A stretch of DNA of 64,000 nucleotides, taken from assembly GCA_010909165.1 (NCBI GenBank), contig VJWM01000119.1, positions 124,001 through 188,000 of the forward strand. Direction: 5' to 3'. Source of the stretch: Anthoceros angustus (lineage: Eukaryota; Plantae; Anthocerotophyta). The translations under genes were made by a program, and so were the position numbers. Positions 1 through 11,932 of this stretch are shown here, piece after piece (positions within the stretch are counted from its first letter, which is position 1; each line of letters opens with the position of its first letter). The notes below the pieces were generated by a model. That model had not been told where the DNA came from and did not search any database. It saw only the letters and a program-made list of their open reading frames with translations.

Positions 1-580
1 GGCATCAAGCTGGACAAAGAAGCATTATATTCGTGACCCCGAGGTCTTAGCGAAACACTGTGCATCGAGGTGTCGACCAAAATCAAAAATTATAGATGGT
101 TTCTTTGGTGCCGGAAACACTATACAATTTGCATTGCAAGGACATCAAGTTACAGAATTGACATCGACCACGAGAAGATTGAATTTGCAAAACATAATGC
201 CAAAATTTATGGAGTACAAGATCGTATTGAATTTATCGTTGGAGACTTTTTCAAACTTGCTCCCAAGCTAAAGGCGACGTTGTTTTCTTGCGCCCCATGG
301 GTGGACCAACTACGATAGCAAATCGAGGGAGTTTGATTTGCAAACCATGTTGCGCCAAAGGATGGCAAAACATTGTTTGAACGGCACAACTCATTGCCAA
401 ACATTTTAATGTTTCTCCTCGTAACACGCCTCTACCTCAACTTAAAACATTGCCGCCAACTTATACATCAAGTTCTAACGACATTTTGAGGCGGAAACCA
501 ACTACATAGATAATGGTTGCAAAGGACTTACTGTATTATGGAGATTTCCTTGCTCCTAAAAGAACTAGATTTTAGATAGA
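1..580 (+). pseudogene. TGS1: Frameshifted, intronless trimethylguanosine synthase (TGS1)-like methyltransferase remnant, open at the left edge
   Basis: Joining frames gives GIKLDKEA.YS/VTPE, DGFFGAGNTIQFA, IDIDHEKIEFAKHNAKIYGVQDRIEFIVGDFFKLAPKLKA, LPRNT and FEAETNYIDNGCKGL. These are TGS1 catalytic-domain motifs, interrupted by several frameshifts and with no introns. Confidence 0.8.
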
Positions 581-1949
581 TTAATGTATATTCTAGTTGA
601 AAAAAATTATAGCTCTTAATTTAGATTTTATAAATACAAGTAATAAATTTATCCAATACTTAATATATTTATTTTTACAAATATTATTTTTCTCTTAAAT
701 GCCTTATTTTTCCCCTTTATGATGCGTTTTTCCATGGATTGGAGACTATGAATCAGATTAATGGGGTGGTTAGCTAAGCTCTAGTCCAAGTCCCACATTC
801 AAGACAACAAATGGAAGCCTAGACGATCACCGTGGCAAAAGTCTTAAGAAATGAGCATTTGGACAAGCTTGGTAGACATGTTTGCAAAATCCTTACACAC
901 CGTCCAAAGCACGAGGATGAAACAATTGCGCAACACAATTGAGGAGGCTATGCAAGCCGCTATCCACATGAACATTGTGGAGTGAAGCAAGGCTCCGGTT
1001 CAAGTCATAGTAGCTCCAGCTATAGCCAATGAAGGGCTGGCTCAAGGGTCACAAGAAGGCAAAGCGCGAATAATAATTTAGGGCTGGTGATAACCCGACA
1101 TGTTATTTAGCAGCCAATCTCGACACCAGGAAAAGGAAGCTGTATGGCTCTGTGATCCAAGAGCACTTAGGGAGCTGGCCCTGAAATAATGACTTGAAGA
1201 TGAACCGCTGAGGTGAGCTCGAGCTAGTTAAGCTTCGAGTCATACTTTCTGACACTTGGGCATAACTAGAGAAGGCGATAAAATTCGTCTTCGTGGATTC
1301 AGTCCAGAGGAAGGAGCAAGATCTCATGGGTAGAACCCATGGATAGGACAAGCCCAGACGTGTGGGCTTGATGGATGAGCTCTGAGCCACATGGATTCCT
1401 TTCCCAGAATCGTTCTTACTGAGTTGGCGGATGGGCTATGCATGGAGAGCTTGCTAGCTGAGGGCATGCTTAGATAGCAGATACGTTAGGACGATCGGAG
1501 TTAGGCGAAGCTTATAAAGGGTAATTTACGGCCAGTTACTTAAACTGAAGGTCAAGAGCTAGGGTCATGAAGACAAGCTGTGGACAACGGCATTGGCTCG
1601 GGGCTACTAAGGTCCGAGCCCAAGATCAAGATTGTCTCTGACATTTCCATGCGTGCGTGCCCCATCTTGGTGGATCCCCAAGGCACTTTACAAATGAACT
1701 TTTATGGATATCTCTTGTATGCTAAGTTTAGACTCACATAAAAAGATCAGTCAAAAACCTTTTCAAGTCTCAGAGCTAACCAATTGGTGTTAGAAACTCC
1801 ATGAGAAACATAGAAGAAATGAGTTTCATTTAAGGTTTCTTTGTATTTTAGAGTTGTTAGAGAAGAGATTGCTGTTGAAAAGAAACTCTAGAATACAATG
1901 AAAGATAACCTTAACAAAACTTGTGCACAACGTATAAAAAAAGTACAGA

Positions 1950-2140
1950 TCAAACAACCAGTTTGACAGCATTGGGCAGCTTATACATTAATCTCTAATG
2001 TACATTTTGAGGTGGAAAGCAACTACATAGATAATGGTTGCAAAGGACTTAGTGTGTACTATGGAGATTTCCTTGTCCTAAAAGAACTAGATTTTAGATA
2101 GAGATATATACTCTAGTTGAATAAAATAATAGCTCTTTTA
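1950..2140 (+). pseudogene. Second partial copy of the TGS1-like 3' end and its flank
   Basis: 2002-2139 is a near copy of 481-617 and reads HFEVESNYIDNGCKGLSVYYGDFLVLKELDFR*. Confidence 0.7.
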
Positions 2141-2842
2141 GATAGATTACATCTATAGATGTATACTCTAGTTGAATAAAATAATAGCTCTTTTAACTTT
2201 ATAATGCAACTCTAAGGACATGGACCTTGGAATCGGAAAGTTTCCTTTGCATCTCACAACCTTAAAAATCATCGAGGCACAGCGATAATTACTCTCCGAT
2301 GAGAACCAAATATGATTTCTTCTTACTCTATAATTCTAATAAAAGCCTCCTTTTGGATCTACACCTAACTAACTTCTGCCTCTAGCACGAGTACTACCAC
2401 ACTTTTAAGATAGTCTTGCAACTCACGTTATTAACTCTTTTTTACATAGATGGCCTCCTGAAATAGATAACATATAGAGTAGATAACATATAGTGCTACG
2501 GTGTACATTGCAATATGCAAGTTCTCGAGACCAGCAATAAGTAGACTTTTCCTACTATATATGTAACAATCTGGTATCATATAATAGAACGATTGGCTAT
2601 TATGGTGGATCCGTGGGTTAGCTAATTCAAAGCGAGAGGCAATCGATAAGTATTGCGGTTAGCGAGATTCCATCTGGTATCCTTCGTAAATCCGAAAACG
2701 AAAGTAGTTAAAGGGAAGACGCCGGACGCCGGTGTGCCGTGGCCCTATTCTTGCTGCATTAATTGGCGCTGTCGCTGGTGAGAATTGGATTTCTGGATAC
2801 GCGATGGAATTGTTGCTGTAGCGGAGTGCTGCAGCAGCTGCA

Positions 2843-3945
2843 ATGGAGGAGCCGGGGGAGGGGCAGGAGGTGGAGGTGACGGTCGGCGAATCGCGCACCG
2901 AAATGCTGGCGCGGCACCAGTGCGTTTGCAGGCCTTCGCTGTCTTTTTTTTTGTTTTTGTTTGTGTGTGTTTTGCGGCGTCCGGTGTTGGAGACGTAGTG
3001 ATTCTGGCGGCTGTGATCGCGTTCGGTTCTGAAGGATGACGGGTTTGGATTTGGTTGTGCTGCAGGAGGGAGATCAAGGAGCTGCAGCACAAGGAAATCG
3101 GGTTGAAAAAGTCAGCTGCCAAGGGGAGCAAGGCGGAGCAGAAGGCCAAGAAGAAGCAGGCGGAGGAGGAGGTGGCAAGGCTGGATGTGAAGATGAAGGC
3201 GCGGCACGCCAAGGAGTTGGCGTCTTTAGGCTTCCGAGCGGACGAGGCCGCGGACGGCAACGGTTTGGAAGGTTTGGTTAAAGCCATAGCGGGCATTTCA
3301 TCCGGCGGCAAGGCGGCGGCTCAGGCTGGGAGGCCGTCTAAGGGCCAGAAGTGGCGGGACCGGCGGGCGCACCAGGATGCGGAGCGGGCGCAGAGGATAC
3401 AGGAGGAGCAGAACAACGTGGTGAGCCAGCGGAAGGTGGAGGAGGAGGAGCTGGAGCGAAAGCTCCGGCCGCTGGGATTTTCTCTCAAGGAGATCAAGTC
3501 CGATGGCCACTGCCTGTACCGCGCAGTGGAGGATCAGCTGGCTCTGCATCCGGATGTCATGCCGCGCCATTCTTACTTAGGGCTGCGGGGCCTGGCAGCT
3601 GCGTACATGCGGGCGCATCCGGATGATTTTGTGCCGTTTATCGAGAACAGCGAGGTGGAGGGGGAGACGGTGGAGGAGAGGCTGCAGAAATATTGTTCGG
3701 ATGTAGAGGGGACGGCCGTGTGGGGAGGGCAACTGGAGCTCGGAGCCCTTGCCCACTCCTTGAGGAAGCACATTGTGGTGTACTCTGCCAGTCTTCCGGA
3801 TGTGGAGATGGGGCAGGAGTACGGGGCTGGAGAGCCTGGGCATCCTGTAACCCCAAGCATCAGGCTGTCTTACCACCGACATGCCTTTGGGCTAGGAGAG
3901 CATTTCAACTCGGTGGTGCCGCTGTCTCTTCCGGTGCCCTTGTAA
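2843..3945 (+). CDS. OTU-domain deubiquitinase (OTUD6B/plant OTU5-like); exons 2843-2919 and 3066-3945
   Basis: N-terminus ESRTEMLARHQ|REIKELQ is joined across a GT-AG intron. The catalytic motifs IKSDGHCLYRAV, WGGQLEL and YHRHAFGLGEHFNSV are present. Confidence 0.9.
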
Positions 3946-4344
3946 TTCCCTGGTCAGGATGGTGTGGGGTGCGTCTTACCAACTTCGTCGCCTTGTGCTG
4001 GCGAAGAGGGAGAGTCCAGCAATGTGTATGTTGGAAATGGCGTGACCGCAGCCATCCTGTACATAGGCGTCCAGTTCACTTTTAGGGGTAACATAGTTGG
4101 TATAAAAGCTTCTGCTTGTTTTATGTGACTGGACACCGCAACATGTTGTGCAGATGGACTGCCAGAAACGTGCTGCTAGCGCGAGGAAGTAGGCATGTCA
4201 TCACATTTCCACCAAGATGTACAAAATCACTTCACCCACACCTGTGTTGCTGGTAAAACGAGATTTCTCTATACCCAGGTGTACTTTATTTGAGTACGTT
4301 ATTCACATATTTGACAAACAGCTGTGCACGGTAAAGTTCCTCGT

Positions 4345-4911
4345 TTAGGACACATTGACGGTGATGGTCTTGGGCTTGTCGGGCTCCGGAGGAGGGACCT
4401 TAGGAACAGTGACTGACAGGACTCCATCAGAGAAACTAGCAGCAATGTGGTCGACGTCGGCGTCGTTTGGCAGCGTGAATTTGCGAAGAAATTTGCGGCC
4501 ACGTCTCTCCACGCGCAAGTACTTCACGTCGTCAGCAGGCTTCTCCTCCTTGCGCTGCCCCGAGATGACGAGCACATTCTGATTCTCCACTTGCACCTAG
4601 AAGTATTCGCGCAATCGTGAATCCCACCCAGGAGGTTAGACCAGGCTGGGCACACGCATCGCTGCGAAAACGGTGCCCAACTCGCAATAGTTTCATACAC
4701 ATACCTGAATGTCAGCCGATTTGAGGCCCGGCATGTCCGCCTCGAACATGTAGTTCTTGGGTGCTTCCAAGACATCGACAGCGGTTCTCGCCATGGCCTT
4801 TCTGTCCTTCACATAGAGCTTGCTTGGACTCTTATCCGTCTTTTCGCGATCGCCGGGCTCGTCCAGGAGACTGAACAGCACCTGAAACGGATCCCCGAAG
4901 TAGGGATCCAT
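4345..4911 (-). CDS. Cytosolic class II small heat-shock protein (HSP20), copy 1; exons 4911-4705 and 4596-4345
   Basis: Contains [13 protein letters not shown] (class II signature), [27 protein letters not shown] and [10 protein letters not shown]. It has a phase-0 GT-AG intron at DIQ|VQ. Confidence 0.92.
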
Positions 4912-5149
4912 CGGGCTTTGCCAGCAGAACCAAACCAGACTCAGATCAGTTTTTATCAAACCGTGAACAGCTTGATGCACAAATTGCGAAGAGAAGAGTG
5001 CGGACTGACTGCACAGCTCAGGAACCGAACTCACCCAACGTTCCAGCTCATTCTTGCGGATAGCGGCTTTGATCGTCTGGAAAGAAGAGATCACTTATTG
5101 ACAAGCGTAGTACCAAAAGCTACAAGACCAGCTTCCAACCTTGCAGGCC

Positions 5150-5235
5150 GAGATGTTATAAAGTGGGGAACTGAGTGTTGAGGATTCGAAGGAGACTTGC
5201 ACATTCTAGAAGCCGACAGAAGGCCCCAGATCGGA
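5150..5235 (-). promoter_or_regulatory. TATA-like box plus heat-shock elements upstream of sHSP copy 1
   Basis: TATAA on the minus strand at 5156-5160, with alternating nTTCn/nGAAn units: ttcgaa at 5185-5190 and attctagaag at 5203-5212. Confidence 0.55.
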
Positions 5236-5305
5236 AGCCAAGCTAACTGGTAAAAATAAGAAAAATAACCGATTTGTAACTTCGAAACGTTTATTTAGAC
5301 AGAAC

Positions 5306-5385
5306 TGATCACTCAGAGCCCTGATCATATCAGGGACTTGTTGCATGATCTCTCAGAGCCCTGATCAGATCAGGGACTTGTTGCA
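5306..5385. repeat. 40-bp tandem duplication with a palindromic core
   Basis: tgatc[a/t]ctcagagccctgatca[t/g]atcagggacttgttgca occurs twice. The core is CCCTGAT-3nt-ATCAGGG. Confidence 0.9.
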
Positions 5386-5688
5386 CTCCCCACACGATAC
5401 CAGTAACGTTTCACTACTTTGAAGACTAGGAGCAGCTAGGCTACCTGGAAACGCACTGCGAACTTGGGAGTGTGAAGCAGCATTCGTTGATTGTTCACCA
5501 AAGGGACCACAAGGGTGCAAACTCGTGCAATTCCTCTTACAAACACTGTGCCCTGAGAGTTCTGGATCTATTAGAGTTAAGATCGACTTGTAAAGAAAGT
5601 CTACAATCTCCAAAACAAGTTCTACAGTCGAGATCGGCTTGCAAAGAAGAGGCCATCCTCAGAAACAACCGTCATTGCTCGCAACAAA

Positions 5689-6300
5689 TTATGCAGCTGA
5701 GACGTTGATGCTCCTCGTCTTGTGCAGTTCTGGCGGTGGAACTTTAGGCACTGTGACGGTGAGGACACCATCAGTGCAGGAAGCAGTGATTCCATCCAGG
5801 TTGGCATTGTTTGGCAAGGTGAACTTGCGCATGAACTTGGTAGGTCGCCGTTCCACACGAAGATACTTAACATCTTCCTCAGGCTTGTCCTCCTCCTTAC
5901 GCTCACCGCTGATCACCAACACATTGTTGTTTTCAAGCTGAACCTGCAACGCACAATTCATGCGTGACATTGTGATTTGATGAGAAGCGAGCATTGCTAA
6001 ACAAACAATTTTCCTATATAAAGTATTACATCGTGCACCATGCGAGCAGTGTCAACCTCCGTCGCGACAACCTGTGCTAAACAGGCTAAAAGCATTTACC
6101 TGCACATCGGAGGACTTCAGCCCGGGCATGTCAGCCACAAACACGAAGGCCTTCGGCAGCTCCTTCACATCTACAGCGGTACTGGCCATAGCCTTGGTGT
6201 CTCTCACGTAGGTCCTGGTCGGGGCATTCAGATGCTTCTCCGACTCCTCGGGGAGGTTCAGCAACAGCTGAAGCGGATCGCGGGTGAGGAAGAAATCCAT
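5689..6300 (-). CDS. Cytosolic class II small heat-shock protein (HSP20), copy 2; exons 6300-6100 and 5943-5689
   Basis: Contains [45 protein letters not shown] and [10 protein letters not shown]. The intron is at the same position as in copy 1. Confidence 0.93.
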
Positions 6301-6609
6301 AGCTCCCTGTCTGCGGAGCATCGAAGGAAAGCAGATCAATCACAAATTAGAGAGCTTCAGCATTGAGCCTATTGGTATTCAATAGAAAGCCTACACCAAA
6401 TCAACGCAATTGCATTCATTGCACCCAGGAGAACCTGCACGGCAGCAAATGACATTGATCACCTACCCTCTTCGGCCGCACCAAAGGAAGCAGAAGCAGA
6501 AAACGCCGGGGCTCCGAATCGCGCAAAGCAGATCTGGAGAACGATCCCAGAAACGAACTCTGTGACTTGCAGCTGCCCGGCTGAGCCGGGCTTAAGAGCG
6601 CACGGCCAT

Positions 6610-6825
6610 GCCTCTCTAGAACTCTCCTCACAGCTTCAGAAGAGAGAGAAGTCCCAGAGACTTCCATCGGCCCCAGCGACGTTTCCGGAACTCTCGCCCG
6701 GGTTCACGACCGAACGATATGCGATTCGGAGCTCCGATTCACCGGTACGTTTCGAGGTTATTTTGCTCTCCGGTCGACCTTTGTGCCGCTTTTGGGTAGC
6801 CCTCTTTTCTTTCGAACATTCTTAG
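6610..6825 (-). promoter_or_regulatory. Heat-shock-element-like cluster upstream of sHSP copy 2
   Basis: tctagaac (~6615), gtttccggaac (~6681) and ttcgaacattc (~6811) are GAA/TTC inverted units. Confidence 0.4.
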
Positions 6826-6960
6826 ACGTGTCCTGTTATCTGAAGATGGGAGCACCTCTGCATGAGGTACAAGTGGAGGGTAAAACTGCGCAATGAATGG
6901 CATGTAACTTGGACAGCTGACATTAACGTTACAGAGATGGTGCTCGACACGGTAGCCAGG

Positions 6961-9737
6961 CTATTTCTTGGCTCCGAAGCCTTTGGCTGTGGATCTTGAC
7001 GACCCAGCTGCAGTGAGCTCCTGCTGGACGTTGGACTTGGCTCGCTTTCGTTTAGCTGTCCCTGGAGCAACCTGCAGGGACCAGGGTGGGAGTTAGGGTG
7101 GCCTGACCTGGCCTGTTCCCATTACCTAAGTGGGTTATGGTAGGAGATGGTAAAGCTAATACCTTCCGGGCAGCATCAAGCCCCTCCAGTCCAGGAAGCG
7201 TGCCACCTTGCATCATGGTGGCCAGGTTCTTCATCCTGGCTCGCATTTGGAACAATTGTGACACGAGCTGGCTGACCTGTGGAATCCAGGTGTGAGAAAA
7301 GAAAGGGATTTGAACCTACTCAAGGCTGGCTGAAATGTAGGAGATAGGTACCTGCTCTTGTGTTCTTCCTGATCCCTTGGCCACTCTTCTCCTTCTGGAA
7401 GGTGACTTGGCCAGCAGCTCGGGATCGGCCCTTTCCTTCACTGTCATGGACTGGATCATGGACTCCATAATTTTCAGACTCTTCTCTGCATCTCGGACTT
7501 GTTGAGGAGTCACTTTGTTCATGCCGGGAATCATCTTCACCAGACCCCCCATTGAGCCCATTCGTGCCAGAGAGCGAGTCTGTTTAAGAAAGTCGTTGAA
7601 GTCGAACTTGGCTTCCATAATCTTCTTTTGCATCTCCTCTGCCTCTTCTTTCATCATGACCTCCTGGGCCTTCTCCACCAACGAAAGCACGTCTCCCATG
7701 CCCAGAATTCGGCTTGCCATCCGGTCAGGATAGAAAGGTTCTAAAGCTCCCATGCCCTCTCCTTCTCCCACGAACTTGATGGGCTTTCCCGACACCTGTT
7801 GTACAAGTCAGAGAGTTTTAGATCCACAGGGAAGGTGCCATACCACAAGCAGCATACGCAGGTTGAATTGTGGAATGACACAGGATAAGACTGGCTAAGA
7901 TGAACCTCTTTGACACTCAGAGCTGCTCCGCCACGAGCATCACCATCGATCTTGGTCAATATTGCTCCAGTGATTCCAATCTCCAAATTGAAAGCCGCCA
8001 CCAGAGCTGCCCGGAAGACAGTGACGACCCAGTGAACAACAGATGGGTCAAAGGTTTTGTTTTATCCAGCTATTTGATAGAACTTGCTTACCAGCAGCTG
8101 CCTGGCCCGTCATGGCATCGACTACAAGCAAAATCTCGGTGGGGTTCACGGCTTGCTTCATTTGCTTCAGTTCATCCATCATTCCCTTGTCCACCTGATC
8201 CCATCGAGTAGCAAATAACCACCTGGGTTACATTTTCTCATAAGTCAAAGCCAAAAGCAGCAAGTACGTGGGCTGCACAAGAGAGCTTCTGGAGAATCAG
8301 TTACGAGCTTTGAGACAGGCAGACGTCATACCTGCAGGCGTCCAGCGGTATCTACAATGACAACGTCCACATTTTGCTTTTTAGCCTCTGCTACACCTCT
8401 TCTTGCGATCTCCACAGGACTAATTTGATTTCCTGCTTCAAAAACAGGTACCTCGACCTGTGGCATGGGAGAGAAACGCGTGAAGCACCACCCAACATCT
8501 GGATGCAAGACAATGCACCAATCACGAGAAGCTAACCTGCTTTCCCAGAGTGACAAGCTGGTCGATGGCAGCAGGTCTGTACACATCAGTTGCCACCATC
8601 ATGCAGCTTTTGCCCTGTTAGCCATACGGTAAGTCAGTGCATGATCAATGCTGATACCGTGGTAGGAGTCCAACTCGAGGGATGGCCTGCATATACCTTC
8701 TTCTTGAGATAGAGCGACAACTTGCCACAGGCTGTGGTCTTCCCCACACCTTGCAAACCAGCCATGAGGATGACGGTTGGACCTTTAGCTGCGTAATCCA
8801 GGCCCGCCACCTCCCCTCCCATCAGCATCGTCAGCTCGTCATTTACCACCTGCAAACCCAGATGTCAAAATCACCATCCTCTCTCACACAGCCGTGAGAA
8901 ACTTCACCTAGACACAGAACGTACTCACCTTGACGAGTTGCTGATCAGGCCTTACGCCCTTGATGACTCCTGTTCCAATGGCCTTCTCTGCTACACTCTT
9001 CACAAATCGTCGAACTACTGGCAAACTTACCTGGAAACGGTCAGCCACAGTTCAGCCCAAAGGCAGGACAAAGCAAACTACAACAAGCATTCCACAACTC
9101 CAAGGTCCATAGTGCGGTGGGAACATACATCTGCTTCTAGCAGGGCCCTCCTGATATCTTTCATGGGCTCGGCTATGTTCTCCTTGGTCAGGACATCTGC
9201 ACAGGGAACCCTCAGTCACCTAACGCATTAAAATCATCAAAACCTGCCCTGCCATGTGATCTCTCAAGCCACATCCACGCTGTTACATCAATCCACCTGC
9301 TTTTTGAAGCTTCTTCCATGCCACTTCCAGACTGGTCGACAGCTGGTCGAAAACGGCCGCACTGGTGACAACCAAATCCCCCCTCCTCTTCACAGGCCTC
9401 CACATTCCCATGTGCAGGCTCGACCTTTCCACCCCACATTCCTGCTGCTGATGCACCTACAATCACCCAAATCCATCACGCCCCATCACTGCCATCAGCA
9501 TCCCCGGATTTCCCCACAATCCCAATGCCTCAACAACCCTCCAATCCACACCTTGAATCCAGCTGACGCCTTCACAACCAAGGGCCTCCAAACCAAGCCC
9601 CCTCCTCCAGCTCCAGCTGCCGGCACCTGCAATCCCACTCGCACAGCTTCCCCGAAGAAGCCGCACTGCAACGCTGCGGGACCCGCCGGCCCCGCCCCCG
9701 CCTGCGCCAAGCCGGCCGCTGCCATCGCTGCGGCCAT
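6961..9737 (-). CDS. cpSRP54: Chloroplast signal recognition particle 54 kDa subunit, multi-exon
   Basis: Ala-rich transit peptide followed by [50 protein letters not shown] and the C-terminus [10 protein letters not shown]...KGFGAKK*. Confidence 0.95.
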
Positions 9738-10006
9738 GTCCCGTCCCTCTCACGCTCCAACCTCAGGTGCCATGTATCATCCGTCTCAACCTGCCTTCCA
9801 TAGCAGCACCAAAACGCAAATGACGGCACCCTAGCCAACTCCCCGGCCTAGAGCTCCCCTGCCCGCGTGCCGGGAACCGAGCAATCCTTGCGCAGCTGTA
9901 AGCTCGGTTTATCCATTCACGAACTGACATGAAAACTCCCTTCCCCGGGATCGCAACCTCCCTCCATCCAGCTGCAGCAGAGGAGCTCGCACGCGCTGCT
10001 GCCGCC

Positions 10007-11674
10007 ATGGCCAGCACCTTGGCGCCCGCCGCCGGGGCGCGTCTCAGCGCCGGGCCCGCTGCGTCCTCGAATTCGCAATTCTGCAGCAATGCGGCGACAA
10101 TGCTGGTTGTGCGGAGGCAACGGAGACGGGGCGCGGTGCAGGTGCGGAACGCGGATTCGAACTCGGGTCCGCGGGAGAGCGGAATCGCGAAGGCGGGGGC
10201 GGGGAGGTCGTGGGTGAGCCCGGACTGGCTCACGTCGCTGGTGCGGCTGGGGAAAGGGGAGGACAGTTCCGGGATTCCTGTGGCCAGCGCGAAGCTGGAG
10301 GACGTGCAGGAGCTCCTGGGAGGCGCCTTGTTCCTGCCGCTCTTCAAGTGGATGCTGGAGTCCGGGCCGGTGTACCGGCTGGCCGCGGGGCCGCGGAACT
10401 TCGTGATTGTTGGAGACCCTGCCGTGGCCAAGCATGTGCTGCGGCAGTACGGGAAGTACTCCAAGGGCCTGGTGGCGGAGGTGTCGCAGTTCCTCTTCGG
10501 GGATGGCTTCGCTGTGGCCGAGGGGGAGCTCTGGACGGTGCGGAGGCGCGCCGTGCTGCCGTCGCTGCACAAGAAGTACCTGCAAACCATGGTGGACAGG
10601 GTGTTCAACAGGTGCGCGGAGCGGCTGGTGCAGAAGCTGGAGGCCGCGGCGGGGACGGGAGCAGTGGTGAACATGGAGGCCAGGTTCTCGCAGCTCACTC
10701 TGGACATTATCGGGCTCTCCGTCTTCAACTTCGACTTCGACTCTCTCACGTCTGACAGTCCCGTGATCGAGGCCGTGTACACTGCGCTCAAGGAGACGGA
10801 GTCCCGGGCCACCGACATCCTGCCCTACTGGCAGGTCCCGCTGCTGTGCCAGATTGTGCCCCGGCAGCGGAAGGCGGCCAGGGCGGTTGCTGTGATCCGG
10901 GAGACCACGGAACAGCTGGTTGCCAAGTGCAAGGCCATGGTGGAGGCGGAGCAGGAGAGTGTCGAAGGAGAGGAGTACGTCAACGAGGCCGACCCCAGCG
11001 TGCTGCGCTTCCTGCTGGCCAGTAGGGAGGAGGTGAGCAGCACGCAGCTCCGGGACGACCTGCTGTCCATGCTGGTGGCCGGGCACGAGACCACCGGCTC
11101 CGTGCTCACCTGGACAGTGTATCTGTTGAGTAAGAACCCGGGCCCTCTGAAGAAGGTGCAGGAGGAGCTGGAGAGGGTGCTGGGAGGAAGGAAGCCGGAA
11201 TTTGAAGATGTCAGGGAGCTCAAGTACCTGACCAGGTGCATCAACGAGTCTATGAGGCTCTACCCGCACCCTCCCGTGCTGATCCGCAGGGCGCAGGAAC
11301 CGGATGTGCTGCCTGGAGGCTACAGAGTGGAAGCAGGGCAGGATGTCATGATCTCTGTCTACAATGTGCATCACTCCCCCAGCGTGTGGGACAGGGCCGA
11401 GGAGTTCATACCTGAAAGGTTTGATCTGGAAGGGCCTGTTCCAAACGAGAGCAACACGGACTTCCGCTTCATTCCCTTCAGCGGAGGACCTAGGAAGTGC
11501 GTGGGAGACCAGTTCGCTATGCTGGAAGCCACCGTGGCTCTGGCTGTGCTCCTGCAGAAGTTCGAATTCGACCTTGTCCCTGACCATGTAATAGGCATGA
11601 CCACGGGAGCTACAATCCATACAACCACTGGCTTGCTAATGACAGTCAGATCCGCTCAGAAAGACCGCTCCTGA
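10007..11674 (+). CDS. CYP97C: Carotenoid epsilon-ring hydroxylase CYP97C (LUT1 orthologue), single exon; an alternative in-frame ATG lies at 9929
   Basis: Contains [45 protein letters not shown] and the heme motif [10 protein letters not shown]. The ORF is uninterrupted, with gccgccATGG context at 10007. Confidence 0.95.
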   Translation: MASTLAPAAGARLSAGPAASSNSQFCSNAATMLVVRRQRRRGAVQVRNADSNSGPRESGIAKAGAGRSWVSPDWLTSLVRLGKGEDSSGIPVASAKLEDVQELLGGALFLPLFKWMLESGPVYRLAAGPRNFVIVGDPAVAKHVLRQYGKYSKGLVAEVSQFLFGDGFAVAEGELWTVRRRAVLPSLHKKYLQTMVDRVFNRCAERLVQKLEAAAGTGAVVNMEARFSQLTLDIIGLSVFNFDFDSLTSDSPVIEAVYTALKETESRATDILPYWQVPLLCQIVPRQRKAARAVAVIRETTEQLVAKCKAMVEAEQESVEGEEYVNEADPSVLRFLLASREEVSSTQLRDDLLSMLVAGHETTGSVLTWTVYLLSKNPGPLKKVQEELERVLGGRKPEFEDVRELKYLTRCINESMRLYPHPPVLIRRAQEPDVLPGGYRVEAGQDVMISVYNVHHSPSVWDRAEEFIPERFDLEGPVPNESNTDFRFIPFSGGPRKCVGDQFAMLEATVALAVLLQKFEFDLVPDHVIGMTTGATIHTTTGLLMTVRSAQKDRS

Positions 11675-11932
11675 GCTGGTCCGTATATAGGTTCAGATAA
11701 CATAAATTCATAGCGCCACCGAAAACTTCATTCGGTTGGATACTCCGTGCCCGTAGACAGGCAAAAAGCTACAGTCAAGAACCGACCGAGGGAGAAACCG
11801 ACAGTATGAAATGGAACACATCCACCTTCAACGTCCAGCATAACTGCCGAGAAAGGACTCTTCCAAGTAAACAATTATCCAAAATTGACAAATTGATGTG
11901 CCGGCCACCGGAGCACAGTCAGAAAGGGGGCC

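Noticed and set aside
700-1700. Coding-like decayed sequence between the TGS1 copies
   Set aside because: It has many stops and no motif I can assign to a family, so it is left unannotated.
2659-3626. Overlapping alternative ORFs around the OTU gene and other GC-rich genes
   Set aside because: Explained by alternative frames and UTR/intron read-through of identified genes.
9763-11620. Long antisense ORFs (351 and 567 aa) over CYP97C
   Set aside because: These are shadow frames of GC-rich codon usage and have no recognisable motifs.
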